A stretch of DNA of 62,693 bases, filler included, from Collodictyon triciliatum (Eukaryota), in the NCBI GenBank assembly GCA_043381765.1. It is 9 parts of 9 records of this genome, joined end to end, with 100 filler letters (N's around TTAATTAATTAA, not from the genome) between each part and the next. Parts side by side here need not be neighbours in the genome. Positions count along the whole stretch, not along the records: positions 1 to 7,516 come from JBHJMP010003858.1; positions 7,617 to 15,134 come from JBHJMP010003859.1; positions 15,235 to 21,392 come from JBHJMP010003860.1; 6 more parts are not named here. One strand, given 5' to 3'. The translations under genes were made by a program, and so were the position numbers. The notes under the pieces are model-generated. The model saw only the letters and a program-made list of their open reading frames with translations, was not told where the DNA came from and did not search any database. Shown piece after piece: positions 1-15,831 of this stretch. Each line of letters opens with the position of its first letter. Position 1 is the stretch's first letter.

Positions 1-171
1 GTTTTGTTTTGTTTTGTTTTGTTTTGTTTTGTTTTGTTTTGTTTTGTTTTGTTTTGTTTTGTTTTGTTTTGTTTTGTTTTGTTTTGTTTTGTTTTGTTTT
101 GTTTTGTTTTGTTTTGTTTTGCTTTGCTTTGCTTTGCTTTGCTTTGCTTTGCTTTGCTTTGCTTTGCTTTG
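1..171. repeat. (GTTTT)n grading into (GCTTT)n microsatellite
   Basis: Tandem repeat visible at the window start. Confidence 0.95.
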
Positions 172-751
172 CTGGTTGCGTTAGTTGGTGATGTGATGGT
201 TGTGCGCTGGATCTCTGCGTCATGGGTGGGATTTGTACGGTTCCGGTGCGTGGGAGTAGAATTTCCTTCGCCTGGTGGATTTGCAAATATCTTTGCTTTT
301 GGTTCTGTTTTGTTCCCACAAACTCACTTGTTTTCGGAAGGGTCGATATTCTCCTTTTCCAGCGGTGGAATTTAGGTCGTTGGTATTTGTGTTCCATTGT
401 GGCGTTGTGGCGTTGTGGCTAAGCACAGGTGTAAGTTTATTTTTGGATAAGCGAGGTTTGTGATGGGAATTGCCTAATATGAAAATCTAAAGTGGAAAAT
501 ATGTATGTACTTATAATTTTCTTGCATTGGTTTATTTTTTGTAATATTTGAATTTTTATTATAATAAAATAATGTTTTCATCTTGTAGCAAGGTAACTGC
601 GTATTTGTTTCTTGTTTCTTTTTTTCTTTAATGCTTTTTTTTTTATAATGTCTATTTAACAATGCAAAATAAACTGAAAAGAAACCGAAATTATTTTTTT
701 TTTGTCTAATCGCGCAAGATACTGGAGAATCGTTAGAATAGCAATGCTATT

Positions 752-3700
752 TTATTCCGCGCCGTGCTCGGCATCCAAGTCCTCGTTGACATTATCAACC
801 TGCTCGTCATCATCATCACCAGCCTCTTCAACAGCCGCGCCACCATTTGGTTCGGCAAGGGTTTCGTCTGGAGGCAAAGACGTCGAAGCTGCAGCGACAG
901 CCGCAAGTGCTCGTGCCTTCTTGGCTTGCTTTTTTTCCTGGATCTTTTTGCTTTTCTCCCGCAAGCTTTCTTCAGCCTCGCCCGGTCTGCTAGGAAACAA
1001 GTGGAATAAGATGAGCAAATGAGCACTTACGGGTCAAACATGAACATATTATTCAATATCATTAAGTGTCACGCGATGCGCACTTTTCAACCAAATGAAA
1101 TAAACCACTTGAAGTCGTCAATAACATGGGGTAGGGAAGTAGATAAATTTTCTTAGAAAAGAGAAGGCATGAGGCTCTGTCCAGCTTTCGTACCTCTTGC
1201 GACCTGCTCGTGCCTTTGGTCCCCAATCATCCTCGGGGTTTGGCAAATACATGGCAACCTTGCGGACCGCGGAACGAATGTCTGCGCCATCGCAAATGGT
1301 AAAATCTACGGTTTCTCTGTGCTCAACATGAGAAAACAAAGAAAATTCACATGTAAATAAAATTGAAAATTAAAAAGGAATACCAACTGATATATTAGGC
1401 CCTTTTAGAGGAGAAAAAAATGTGAGATCATTCGCCTTTTAAATGCAACAAAACAGAGGACGACACCACACGCCGATCTTTTTCTTTCTTTCTTTTTTTT
1501 TTTTTTTAAGAAAAACAATATTAATTAAAAATTACGTGGCTTCCTTTGCCAATAGAGCCGCACCAGGACTATTAACTTGCAAACGCTCTGATTTTACAGG
1601 GTGAAGTTTGACCCAAGCACGAACCATGTCCCAGATGAACTTATTCGGTGCATCTGTTTTTAATGCTAGCGGTGTGCAATGTGACCCAGAAACTCGATAC
1701 CCAGCATTCATGATGGCCGCTCTGTCAGGCAAATTACACATAATGCATTACATTTTGTTCTAGGTTGCAAACGAATTGAGTCGTTTCTTTTCCCTTCCCT
1801 TTCCTTCACTTCTAATATCTTCCATAGAGTGGTAAACTAATTCAATATATCGCAGAGAAACAAACAAAACATAAATATATATCTACTCACCGAAAAACTG
1901 CCATACGTGGGCTGCTACAGTGAACTACGTTACACAAGTGGTGGATGGAGTGATAGAATGGAATATCTGGAAGTTCCTATGTAGCCACCGGTGATTATTA
2001 TTGTGATTCTCTACAATTTTATTATCATTATATGTCAATCATGTAAATGACATGAACTTTTGAAATTAAGATGATGTATTGATTTTGTGTTATTCTCATA
2101 TATATGATACCAGTGATTTTGGAAAATATAAATATTTGTAAAGATGTCATCATACAGAGTTCACTGCTTCCAAAAGGGCAATGACTCGCTCTGCAGCAGG
2201 GAATGATGACTTCTTTTCTTTGATTTGGTTCAGCAAGTCTTTTGCAAATGTAGGGTCGAATATCGGATCTGCCCAGAATGGACCTCCCATCTAGGCCACC
2301 AAATGTCATGGTCAATCAACTGATGGTAAATGATGCATATAATTCAATATGAAAAAAGTAAAAAAAGAAAAAAGAAAAAAAAAGGGATTGGTAGTATGTC
2401 TCTCTTGCAGATGTACCTTATAAACACTTCCGCACTCAGGACAATGCTGAGCCACCGCTGGTCCAGTGGTGGAGCCATAGTGAACACTTTTCCCATTTAC
2501 AGTGATCCTTTTTTTTTTTTTTTTGGAAAAAATGGGGAGAGAGAGGAAAGATATTAGGGAAACGACATAAATTTAATCACCTGGGATTTTTGAGATTCCG
2601 AAACAAAATGATATAACAGAAGCCAGAGAAATGTGTGTATTTGCATGTAAGTTCTTTCACTAACGTTTGTTTGTCATACATCAGTTTAAATCTGTGGCAA
2701 AAACTTACTTCCCTAGGCGTTGGTTCACAAAAGATTGGCATCCACAACATTGGTACGTATGCATCATTTTGCTAGGGAAAATTTTAAATAATATGGGAAA
2801 TAGGTGAGAACCGGTGTAAGGCTTTCTCATAGGATGAAATGAAATCTCCAGACATTAGTAAATCATTTTCTATTATTATAATTATTTCTCTTTGTTCCCT
2901 ACGAACAGGTTCTCTATAGATACCTTGCTGCTTTTTTCACTTCGTTAGCAGATGTATAAACTCGAACAAAGACACGGATGTAGAAATCGATACTGAAAGA
3001 AACCAACGGAACGATATATTTCCTGTATCGGCCAGCATGGTGCTGGATATGTGCTAACAAGATGCGAAGGGCCTGGAATCATAGCGTTCAGTTGTCAGTA
3101 CCCAAGACCAAGCAGGGACGTCATGAACCATGATGGTTGAAATTATATCATAACATGCATATCAGTTTGCGGTGAAAGAATATTTGTAGCGAGAACTTCA
3201 GCAAAAGTTATGGAAAAGGGGTAGCATTTACCATTTCGTGACAAAACTTGCTTGTAAGGGGCATGATTCCATATTTTGAGTAGGTCGTTTCGTTGTGCTT
3301 TCCACTCAACACAGCCATATCCGTACAAGTGACACAAAGGAGACCTGCGTCGAAGGTCGGTGTGTAATCATGATAAAAAAATGAGTCCCGAAAGGATTGG
3401 CCAATAGAATAAGCGAGTTTCATCGCAACTCTTTTGTGTGATATTTTCGATGAAATGGATGAAATTCTACCCCCAAAAAATCATGGTTAAAATATCATGA
3501 TTACCCCCATCACTCACTGCTTGTACAGCTCCGTCTAGAAATTCTACAGCAGATCCATACGGATCCAAATCAATCACATCGAACTGTTTTTCGGACGAGC
3601 GGTATCTGTACATCGTTAAACTACGCAACAGCTAATTAACTTCAAGTGAAAATGGTCAATTTTGCTTCAAAACCATCAACATATATGCAATTCGTGATTA

Positions 3701-4771
3701 GATTCATATTGTACCTCGCATCCTCGCGGTTCGGGATAACCTTCTCAGGGTCAAGATTATTGAGGCTTATGTTTCTCTTGATTGCCTCCACCGCGTCGTG
3801 GCTAAAGTCGTTCACCAGGATAGAATTGACGTTCGGGATCTCTTTGAAATATCGTATCGAACGTAGCCCTGAGAGAGCCAAAATCAAGCCAAAGCAAAGC
3901 AAACAAAAAATACGTTAATGGCTAAATAAATGTATCGCCCAAACCAAAGCAATATATGCATATACCGTATCACACAATTCTTCAAAAAAAGGGGTAAGTT
4001 ATAAATGTAAAATACCAGATGCAGCAAGTGCTTCGAGAATATTGAGCCCTTTGATATCAGACTCAGATACGGATGTGTGCTCCTTCTTCTTTTCTGCACT
4101 CGCAGTTAGGTGATGAGGGACGTAGATAAATTAGAAATGCAGTGTCAAATATTACAGCAAAGTAAATGAATTCAATCACTGATATACTTAAATCATGAAT
4201 TTGAGTATTATGGTGACTCTAAAGGAGATTTCTTTGGCCAATATGAAGCAAGATTTTAGCGACCTATGTGAGATTATTAAGACATACTGCAAAAGAGCCA
4301 CTTACCGAGGGCTGTTTTAATTTCACTTCTGCGCATTTTGTCAAACAAAGTAATCACGTTGATGGATAAGTCGCGATTGACACATTGTACCTATTGATAG
4401 TTGATATCGCATCAGATTACCTTGCATTCCACCTGTTACAGTACCAGACACTTTCTCACCATTTTACTTTCAAAGATATAAGATGGGCCTGTCTTTCTGA
4501 CAGACTTAAAATCCCTTTACAGTAATATTTTTTTGGTAACTGGAAATACTTTGATTACTTTCTCCGCTTTGTGCATATATTTAAATAATATTTAAATAAG
4601 AAAAAAAAGAAAAAAAACCTTGTTGTAGAAAGCTGGCTGGGAAGGATCTTGAAGGACTTTTGCCTGCCCTTCAACAATTTCCAGCATATCTTCGGGGAGC
4701 GTCTTTGTCCTTTTTTGTTGTGCCGATTCAACCACCAGCGTGCTTGTCTCGCTCATCGTCGATTCATCCAT
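752..4771 (-). CDS. TRM1: tRNA (guanine26-N2,N2)-dimethyltransferase Trm1, multi-exon
   Basis: Exons joined at GT-AG sites give [64 protein letters not shown], the Cys motifs CCGC and [23 protein letters not shown] and [15 protein letters not shown] at 4771, TAA at 752-754. Confidence 0.95.
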
Positions 4772-5229
4772 TCCCGAGGAAAGTCGGACTGCGTAAAACT
4801 GAGCGTGACGGTGGACGCGTAAACTCGGCGGATTTTGCAAGTACCTGTTTTTNNNNNNNNNNNNNNNNNNNNNNNNNNNNNNNNNNNNNNNNNNNNNNNN
4901 NNNNNNNNNNNNNNNNNNNNNNNNNNNNNNNNNNNNNNNNNNNNNNNNNNNNNNNNNNNNNNNNNNNNNNNNNNNNNNNNNNNNNNNNNNNNNNNNNNNN
5001 NNNNNNNNNNNNNNNNNNNNNNNNNNNNNNNNNNNNNNNNNNNNNNNNNNNNNNNNNNNNNNNNNNNNNNNNNNNNNNNNNNNNNNNNNNNNNNNNNNNN
5101 NNNNNNNNNNNNNNNNNNNNNNNNNNNNNNNNNNNNNNNNNNNNNNNNNNNNNNNNNNNNNNNNNNNNNNNNNNNNNNNNNNNNNNNNNNNNNNNNNNNN
5201 NNNNNNNNNNNNNNNNNNNNNNNAAAAAT

Positions 5230-7326
5230 ATGTCGCTGGATGGGACACGTTTATGGGTTCCGGATCCTACGCATTCATTTGTAGAGGGGGAGGTACTGCG
5301 GCAGCTGGAAGGTTTATTTTTCTACAGATCTCTCTGTGTCCCTCAATTATTCTTTTATTTCTCTCTAATTCTACTGTTTTTCTTTGTTTTTCTTTGTTTT
5401 TTTCTTTGTTTTGTTGCGATATCTTTCCTAAAATTGCTATTGTTCAAATTCTTTCACAGATGGCAGTTTGGTGATTCGAAACGTGGCCACAGGTAAAGTC
5501 TTCTTTAAGACGTTGCCTATTTTGACTCTTTTGAATCCTCTCTCACAAGATTCGGCAATAGATAACTCCACGCTCTATATTTATTCTCATAGGGCAAGAG
5601 ATTACCACGAAGGCATTGAAGGAGCTAGACTTCTGTAACCCAGAAAGTAAGATTGACACGAGTCATATATATTGGAACAGGCAGTTGATGAATGTTCCAG
5701 TTATTTTTTCTCTACAGACTCAGAAATGTTGCAGTGTACAATTTAAAGGAATAAATACATAGTACCTTATTGGTATTGTATGTGATTATTAACAACAGTA
5801 CGCTTTACGGTTTTTAGTGGAAGGAGGATACCCAGATATGACGAGCCTGAATCACTTGAATGAGGGAGCCATTCTACACAACATGAAACAACGTTTTAAT
5901 GTGGACATCGTGTATACCTACTGGTGATTTCTTTGAAGAATAATTAATAATAATAAAAATCCATTTATTCGATTCAAAGAAAACAAAATTAATAAATAGA
6001 AAATATGTGAAATAGAGAACATGCATGCTTCTCATGCCACTGCACCAATAATTTCATCCTGAATAAAAAGAAATGTACTTTCACATTTAACAGTGGTCGC
6101 ACTTGCATCGCTGTGAACCCATTCAAGTGGCTTGATATTTACCACGAAAGCCTCATCGACGTTTACCACAACACAAAAGATAGTAAGCTCTAATTTCAGG
6201 AATATTAAAAATGATTGCATCTTGCTTTTGCTTTTGCTATTTCTTTTTCTTTTTTCCTTTTCCTTTTCCTTTTCCTTTTTCTTTTCCTTTTCCTTTTCTC
6301 CTTTGATATTGCTTTAGCCAGATTAAGTGTCAAAAATTATGGAGTGTGCCCTATGAATTTCGAGCCCGCACGATTTGTGTATAGTGTGCTTTTGCGAAGC
6401 TTACCCAAATAAATATGTGTTTAGGCGATTACTCAAACCTTGCTCCACATGTTTTTGCTATTGCTGAGGGATCGTATCGGTTTAGATTTATATATTATTC
6501 TATTATTATTTCTTTTGGCATGAAACCATACCGATATGATTTTTGTATGCCAATATCCACACAAAAATCAAGCAAATGAAAGTACTATATTTGAACTTGT
6601 AAATCTCCTGCTATCTTAACAATGACAAAAATTACAGAGATATGGAAAGGACACGGTCTAGCCAATCAATTCTTGTTAGTGGTGAAAGGTTACCTATCTA
6701 AACACTAACATTCAATTTGAAGCAACATAATATATCTTTTTGATAGAAAATAAAATATATGTCTTGTTCATATAGCGGTGCAGGAAAGACCGAGACCACG
6801 AAACTTTTGCTCAAATACCTTGCTCGGGTTGCTTCTTCGTCAGGAATTACTGTTACCGAACAAGTCCTTCAGTCGAATCCTTTGCTTGAAGTAATACCTT
6901 GATCGTGATAAATATTTATCATATTATATGGTAATTTAGAAATTTCCATTCCATATTGCAGTTGAAGAATATTAGAAGAAGAAAAAACATGTACACACAA
7001 AATCATAAACGTAGGCTTTTGGAAACGCAAAGACTGTGCGAAATGATAACAGTAGTCGTTTCGGAAAGTTTATAGAGCTACAATTCAACGGTCAGAATAT
7101 AATCGTGGGAGCTAGAATTCAAGTATGATTTGGTCAACCTGAAAACATATATTGATTGTGCCATTGAACTAAGATGTGCTTTTTATTTCCTATCGCTACT
7201 TAAATGGAATGCAAATACCAATTGACAAAACACATATATCTCAACTGTTGTTAGACATACTTGCTTGAGAAATCACGAGTTGTTCACCTTTCTAATTTGG
7301 AAAGAAATTATCACATATTCTACCAG
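5230..7326 (+). CDS. Myosin heavy chain, N-terminal SH3-like region and motor domain (3' truncated by scaffold end)
   Basis: Spliced exons give [40 protein letters not shown], the P-loop [40 protein letters not shown] and [18 protein letters not shown]. The myosin class cannot be assigned from this fragment. Confidence 0.95.
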
Positions 7327-7516
7327 GTTTGTAGAGTGTATCATCTTTTAGTTTTCCCTTTTGTTTCCTTTTCCTTTTCTCTTCTCTCTCTTTTCCTTTT
7401 ATTTTTCTCTCTCTTTTTCTCTCTCTTTTTCTCTCTCTCTTTTTCTCTCTCTTTTTCTCTCTCTTTTTCTCTCTCTTTTTCTCTCTCTTTTTCTCTCTCT
7501 TTTTCTCTCTCTTTTT

Positions 7517-7616
7517 NNNNNNNNNNNNNNNNNNNNNNNNNNNNNNNNNNNNNNNNNNNNTTAATTAATTAANNNNNNNNNNNNNNNNNNNNNNNNNNNN
7601 NNNNNNNNNNNNNNNN
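7517..7616. other. Artificial scaffold linker 44N-TTAATTAATTAA-44N (also at 15135, 21393, 28999, 36605, 44211, 51816 and 59420)
   Basis: An identical 100-nt spacer with stops in all six frames occurs eight times. Confidence 0.98.
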
Positions 7617-7712
<96 letters not shown>

Positions 7713-7788
7713 TCATGTTTGTTGAGTCAAGTCTCTTATTGGATGATTTCTTCTGGCTGGACGCCTAGGGGACTGCTACTCCTTTTAA

Positions 7789-8799
7789 ATGCTGTCCAAA
7801 TTGCCTGTGAGGCTTCTTCTTGCCTCTGCTTTTGCGGCCTTGGCTCTGGTTCGGTTCCTTCGGAATCAAGGTTTCTTACATTTCGGTAGTGATTATGAGA
7901 GTACAATATTAGTGAAGACAGCACCGCAAAGAGCAATATAATCATAATCACATAATCACAATGATGATAATAATAATAACAAGATCTTTGTAATACTCGT
8001 GATAGTCATTATTGCTAGTCTTTGTATTGTCTTTTTTCGCACACGAATGACCACTTTTGAATTCGTATATGTTAATTTTATGTTGTTTTTTTTTGTTAGT
8101 CTTCTTTTATAATGTTTTTTTTGTTTTGTTTTCTACTCTGTTGGGGGCCTCATAGATTACATGAAACAAGTTTTCCCACCCATAGGAACTTTGAGTAGAC
8201 TCCGAGATGCAAAGAAATTGCTTCAAGCTGAGCTCAGAATCGAAAAAGAGAGAACCTCGCAACTCCAATTCTCTCAGACATCATGGAAAATTGAAAGGGT
8301 TAATATGTTTGATAATGCGCTGATTATCATATGTGTATGTGCGGTTCCCATGTTTGAAATCGTTTTAGTCTTGGAACCAAAAAAAAAAAAAACACGTTGG
8401 TGACATAGGAAGCGATGGAAAGAAAAATCATTGCGCTACAAAATGACTTGAAATCACTCCATAAAGCGGAAATACATGTGGGTGAGTTCTTTGTATTCGT
8501 TCGAGTAAACCCTTCGTTAGATGTACCAATGTACCAGGAAGTCATTATTTTATTTATCTGATAAAAATTAACAAGCCTTTCACATAATTCAGAGCCTTTG
8601 CCTGTTCAGACAATTACCGAAGTCGTTCACACTTATGGAACTTTGTGTAAACAAAATTCGTTTCTAATCAATTTGATGCCGCATCGCAATTCACTCTACC
8701 TCAATCCATTCCACAAACTGAATTTTTCATTTGAATTATATTTATTTTTCGTACAGTGAACAAGACGCTTCCGAAGTTCCGATTAAACGGCGTGCGTAA
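7789..8799 (+). CDS. Hypothetical small protein with an N-terminal hydrophobic segment and a coiled coil
   Basis: Phase-compatible exons give MLSKLPVRLLLASAFAALALVRFLRNQ / DYMKQVFPP..KIER / EAMERKIIALQNDLKSLHKAEIHV / EPLPVQ. The last exon is uncertain and I recognise no homologue. Confidence 0.45.
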
Positions 8800-9542
8800 T
8801 GGGGAATTTATAGACGTCACAGATTGTAACTGCTTATATGATTTACAATTTGTTATATAATGCTCAAGGATGAATCGAAAATTGAATTATATTTTTTACC
8901 ATCCTAATTTGTCTGTTTGCTTGCTCGTTTGNNNNNNNNNNNNNNNNNNNNNNNNNNNNNNNNNNNNNNNNNNNNNNNNNNNNNNNNNNNNNNNNNNNNN
9001 NNNNNNNNNNNNNNNNNNNNNNNNNNNNNNNNNNNNNNNNNNNNNNNNNNNNNNNNNNNNNNNNNNNNNNNNNNNNNNNNNNNNNNNNNNNNNNNNNNNN
9101 NNNNNNNNNNNNNNNNNNNNNNNNNNNNNNNNNNNNNNNNNNNNNNNNNNNNNNNNNNNNNNNNNNNNNNNNNNNNNNNNNNNNNNNNNNNNNNNNNNNN
9201 NNNNNNNNNNNNNNNNNNNNNNNNNNNNNNNNNNNNNNNNNNNNNNNNNNNNNNNNNNNNNNNNNNNNNNNNNNNNNNNNNNNNNNNNNNNNNNNNNNNN
9301 NNNNNNNNNNNNNNNNNNNNNNNNNNNNNNNNNNNNNNNNNNNNNNNNNNNNNNNNNNNNNNNNNNNNNNNNNNNNNNNNNNNNNNNNNNNNNNNNNNNN
9401 NNNNNNNNNNNNNNNNNNNNNNNNNNNNNNNNNNNNNNNNNNNNNNNNNNNNNNNNNNNNNNNNNNNNNNNNNNNNNNNNNNNNNNNNNNNNNNNNNNNN
9501 NNNNNNNNNNNNNNNNNNNNNNGTTCAATTATGTATTTGTAG

Positions 9543-12047
9543 ACTTTGGAAACGGAGGAATCGGTTACGTTGAGATGCTTTTCCGATGCAATATCCTCGC
9601 TCTCGTCGGCGGCGGTCGAAATCCACGATATCCTCCAAACAAGGTGACCTTTATTGTATTTATGAAGCCGTTCGCTTATGCGTTTCGCAATAATTCAATT
9701 CTGACGCCAAAGTATATTTAATTTACCTGACTATCAACGCTTTTCTTTTGCCCATAAAAAAAAAAAAAGACTCTGCGCTCAAGGATTTTTTTTTCGAAAA
9801 GTAGCCTTCTTTTTATTATCTGGTTGGTGATGAATTCATCTGGTTTAGGTTATGATATGGGACGACTACCAAAACAAATGCATCGTGGAGCTGGAATTCC
9901 GTACCGAGGTGAAGTCAGTGAAGCTGAGACGCGATAGGTACATTCCATTTCTTGCGATTGATTCGGAATGCATATATTTGAATATTTTCAACAATTATTG
10001 CACCTTCCCTGTATACTCTACATATCACCCGTTTGTTTTGTCCTCTTCGTCCAATACATACAATACATACAATATAAACCATCGATTATTCAACCCTTAT
10101 TGATTGCTCAGAATCGTTGTTGCACTCGAGACAAGGATTTACATATACAACTTTGCCGATTTGAAGCCGCTGCACCAGTATGATACTTACGCCAACCCAG
10201 ATGGTCTGTGATTTTGCAAACTGATATTTGGACAATACATTTTGTAATAATTAATTTTATTATTATTTATTCTTTTACTTGCCTTCTACAAATGCTTTTG
10301 ATACCAAAGGTCTCTGCGCACTTTGCCCAAACACTTCAAATTCTGTGATTGCTTTTCCTGGCCTTCAGCGTGGCTTTGTTCATGTCGAGCTATATGACCA
10401 GAAGAAGACAACCATTATTCCTGCCCATGACAATCCCTTGAGCTGCATTACTCTCAACTCAGACGGAACGCGCATTGCAACTGCGTCTGAAAAGGTGCAA
10501 ATGCATTTTGTTTTTGTTTTGTAATCTTATTTGCTGTTATGTTTCGACCTTTTTTTTTGTTTGACCCGTCTTTGTATGATTACACCTCACACTGCTGCTT
10601 GTTTTCTTTCCCCCTCGCAAACGACAGAATAGCTGTATCTGTTCTTATCAGTGTTAAATAAAATACGTATCTTTCATTTCAACAGGGCACTCTGATTCGC
10701 GTATTTGATACAAGCTCCGGACAAACACTACAGGAACTCCGACGTGGAACCGACCGGTAATACTTGAGTTTTCGCTGATTATTGTTCCTTCATATTCCAT
10801 GATTCTTCAAAATCACAGCTTCGTATTCTCATTTTCTGTTTGCGATACCACTTTTATGTGTAATTTTGAATTCCGCCTGAACTTCTCCGATGTGTGCTTA
10901 GTGCCGAGATTTACAGCCTGTGCTTCAGCAACAACACCGACTATCTCTCTGTGACGAGTGATAAGGGGACAATCCACATATTTTCTCTTTCCAACGACGA
11001 GGAAAGCCGTGCTTCTGGGTCTTTTAACCTCTAATGCCTCCCTCTAATATTTATCTTCTTTTATTCTATCGCTTATATACTGATTTGTTCTATTCTCACA
11101 CAGCCGCGAGGATGCCGTCGTTGCCACACCTTCGTCACCAAAACACAGGTTTATTAGTTACTTTATACTCTTCAAAGTTTCATATCATCTTATTGAACCA
11201 AATGGAATGACTTCAACATGGAAAGAATAATCCACTTATTGACATGATGGATTCATCCCACCGTAGCGTGGAAACAATAGAAAAGATTGACAGCGGAACC
11301 GGACAGGCAAAGGCCAAGTAGAATTCCCCTTCCAATCATGATTTGGTCGTCTGACTGTTCACGCACCGCCCGATACTTTCAAAACATTAATACCTTTTCT
11401 TATCTTTATCTTATTTTTTTAAAACTATTCTATCAGTATTTGTAATTCTAAAATTTGCTGCACAATCCCCAGTCGCTCATTTTTGAAAGGAATTCTTCCA
11501 AAGTACTTTAGCTCTGAGCGCAGTTTTGCTCAGGTATAGAACGCTAATTTTTTTTTTTTAGAACAAATCCTGGCAATTATTGAAAAAAAAAAGTGCAAGA
11601 GGAAATAATGATAAAATAAAATATATACAACAAAGGAAAAAAAAATATTGATTGATACCTCGACTTTCCAATACAGTTCTCTGTCCCCAACGCCCGTGCA
11701 CTGTGCGCATTTGGCCAAGAGAAGGGCTCGATTGTTGGTAAGCAGTTTTAATAATTCTTTTCTGTCTCTGCGCGCACAATTCCTGACTTATCTCCCGTTG
11801 GCCTTTATTTATCATATGCTATTTCATTCTCTTTGCTTTTTTTTTTTTTCATCTTTTCTAGCCGATGAACTAGCACAAGCACTTCTTGCATCAATATCAA
11901 GCTGAAAACATGTTGCTTGTGTTTTGACTATTTGGTTTTCATTCCATAGTTGTGTGCTCGGACGGAACCTACTACAAATGCACTTTCGACCCAGTAAAAG
12001 GCGGCGAGTGCGTGGTGGAAAAGCAGCACAAGTTCATCTCCGAGTGA
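9543..12047 (+). CDS. ATG18: PROPPIN WD40 autophagy protein, ATG18/WIPI3-4 (WDR45B-like); 5' end lies in the N gap
   Basis: [77 protein letters not shown], the phosphoinositide-binding LRRG motif, SDKGTIHIF and [11 protein letters not shown] at 12045-12047. Confidence 0.95.
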
Positions 12048-12338
12048 TAGAAAAAGATGCGCCGAAATAATCCATTTTCTTTTCTTTCCGTTCTTTTCAC
12101 TCTCACATCCATTCACCCCTGTTTCTTTCGTTTCTTTTTTCTTTCTTTCTTATGGACAACACTATCACATCCTTAAAACACATTCCACTTCACAACAAAA
12201 CACAACACAAAACAACACAAAACTTCAACAAATATAATATCATTCCACCCGTCCAAGTTTACCCAATTTAGCAACCTTGTCAACGCACAGAAAAAAAGAG
12301 AAGAAAAGGAAAGGAAAAGAAGACGCCATCAAAAGAGT

Positions 12339-14954
<2,616 letters not shown>

Positions 14955-14967
14955 CTAAGATGATTGA

Positions 14968-15134
14968 AAAACAAGATAAACAAGATAAACAAGATAAACA
15001 AGATAAACAAGATAAACAAGATAAACAAGATAAACAAGATAAACAAGATAAACAAGATAAACAAGATAAACAAGATAAACAAGATAAACAAGATAAACAA
15101 GATAAACAAGATAAACAAGATAAACAAGATAAAC
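14968..15134. repeat. (AAACAAGAT)n 9-bp tandem repeat at a scaffold end
   Basis: Direct inspection. Confidence 0.95.
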
Positions 15135-15546
15135 NNNNNNNNNNNNNNNNNNNNNNNNNNNNNNNNNNNNNNNNNNNNTTAATTAATTAANNNNNNNNNN
15201 NNNNNNNNNNNNNNNNNNNNNNNNNNNNNNNNNNCAAACAAACAAACAAACAAACAAACAAACAAACAAACAAACAAACAAACAAACAAACAAACAAACA
15301 AACAAACAAACAAACAAACAAACAAACAAACAGTTCTAATTCGTGTAATATATCGATTGTTGATTATTTGGAAGCTTATACGCTATTTATTCAAAAAGAA
15401 TTATGGGAGAAATGAAAAAAAGAAGAAGAAAAAAAAAAAAAAGAAGGGGAAACAGGAATGAAAAGGCGTCATTTTTTTTTTTTGTGACTGTGAGAGGGGA
15501 AATAAGAGCTGACGGTTGAGCCCAAGCAAGAAGGACACAATCAAGA

Positions 15547-15800
15547 ATGATCTGCCGCTCTCTGGAAGATCTCATCAAAATCATGAGAATCACAATGGAA
15601 AGCATACACGCTCTCACGAGAATTGAGCTCAACTCCAGGGAGATCATCGCATTGCCTAAAGATGTTTCAACACTCACCAACCTTATTGAGCTGAAGTTTT
15701 ACAGGAATCAGGTGGTTACTAGAAAAAAACTCATAAACTGCATAAGTTTCTTCTTTTTTTCATTCTCTTATCATACCTGTCACTATGGCACCGGTCATTC

Positions 15801-15831
<31 letters not shown>

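Noticed and set aside
1..460. ORFs made of FCFVL and similar repeats (also at 12573-12969, 14960-15190, 22999-23256 and 42408-42822)
   Set aside because: These are translations of microsatellites.
7561..7572. Recurrent palindrome TTAATTAATTAA as a biological motif
   Set aside because: It always sits centred between 44-N runs and is a six-frame stop spacer.
14968..15134. CRISPR-like array
   Set aside because: A pure tandem repeat with no spacers, in a eukaryotic context.
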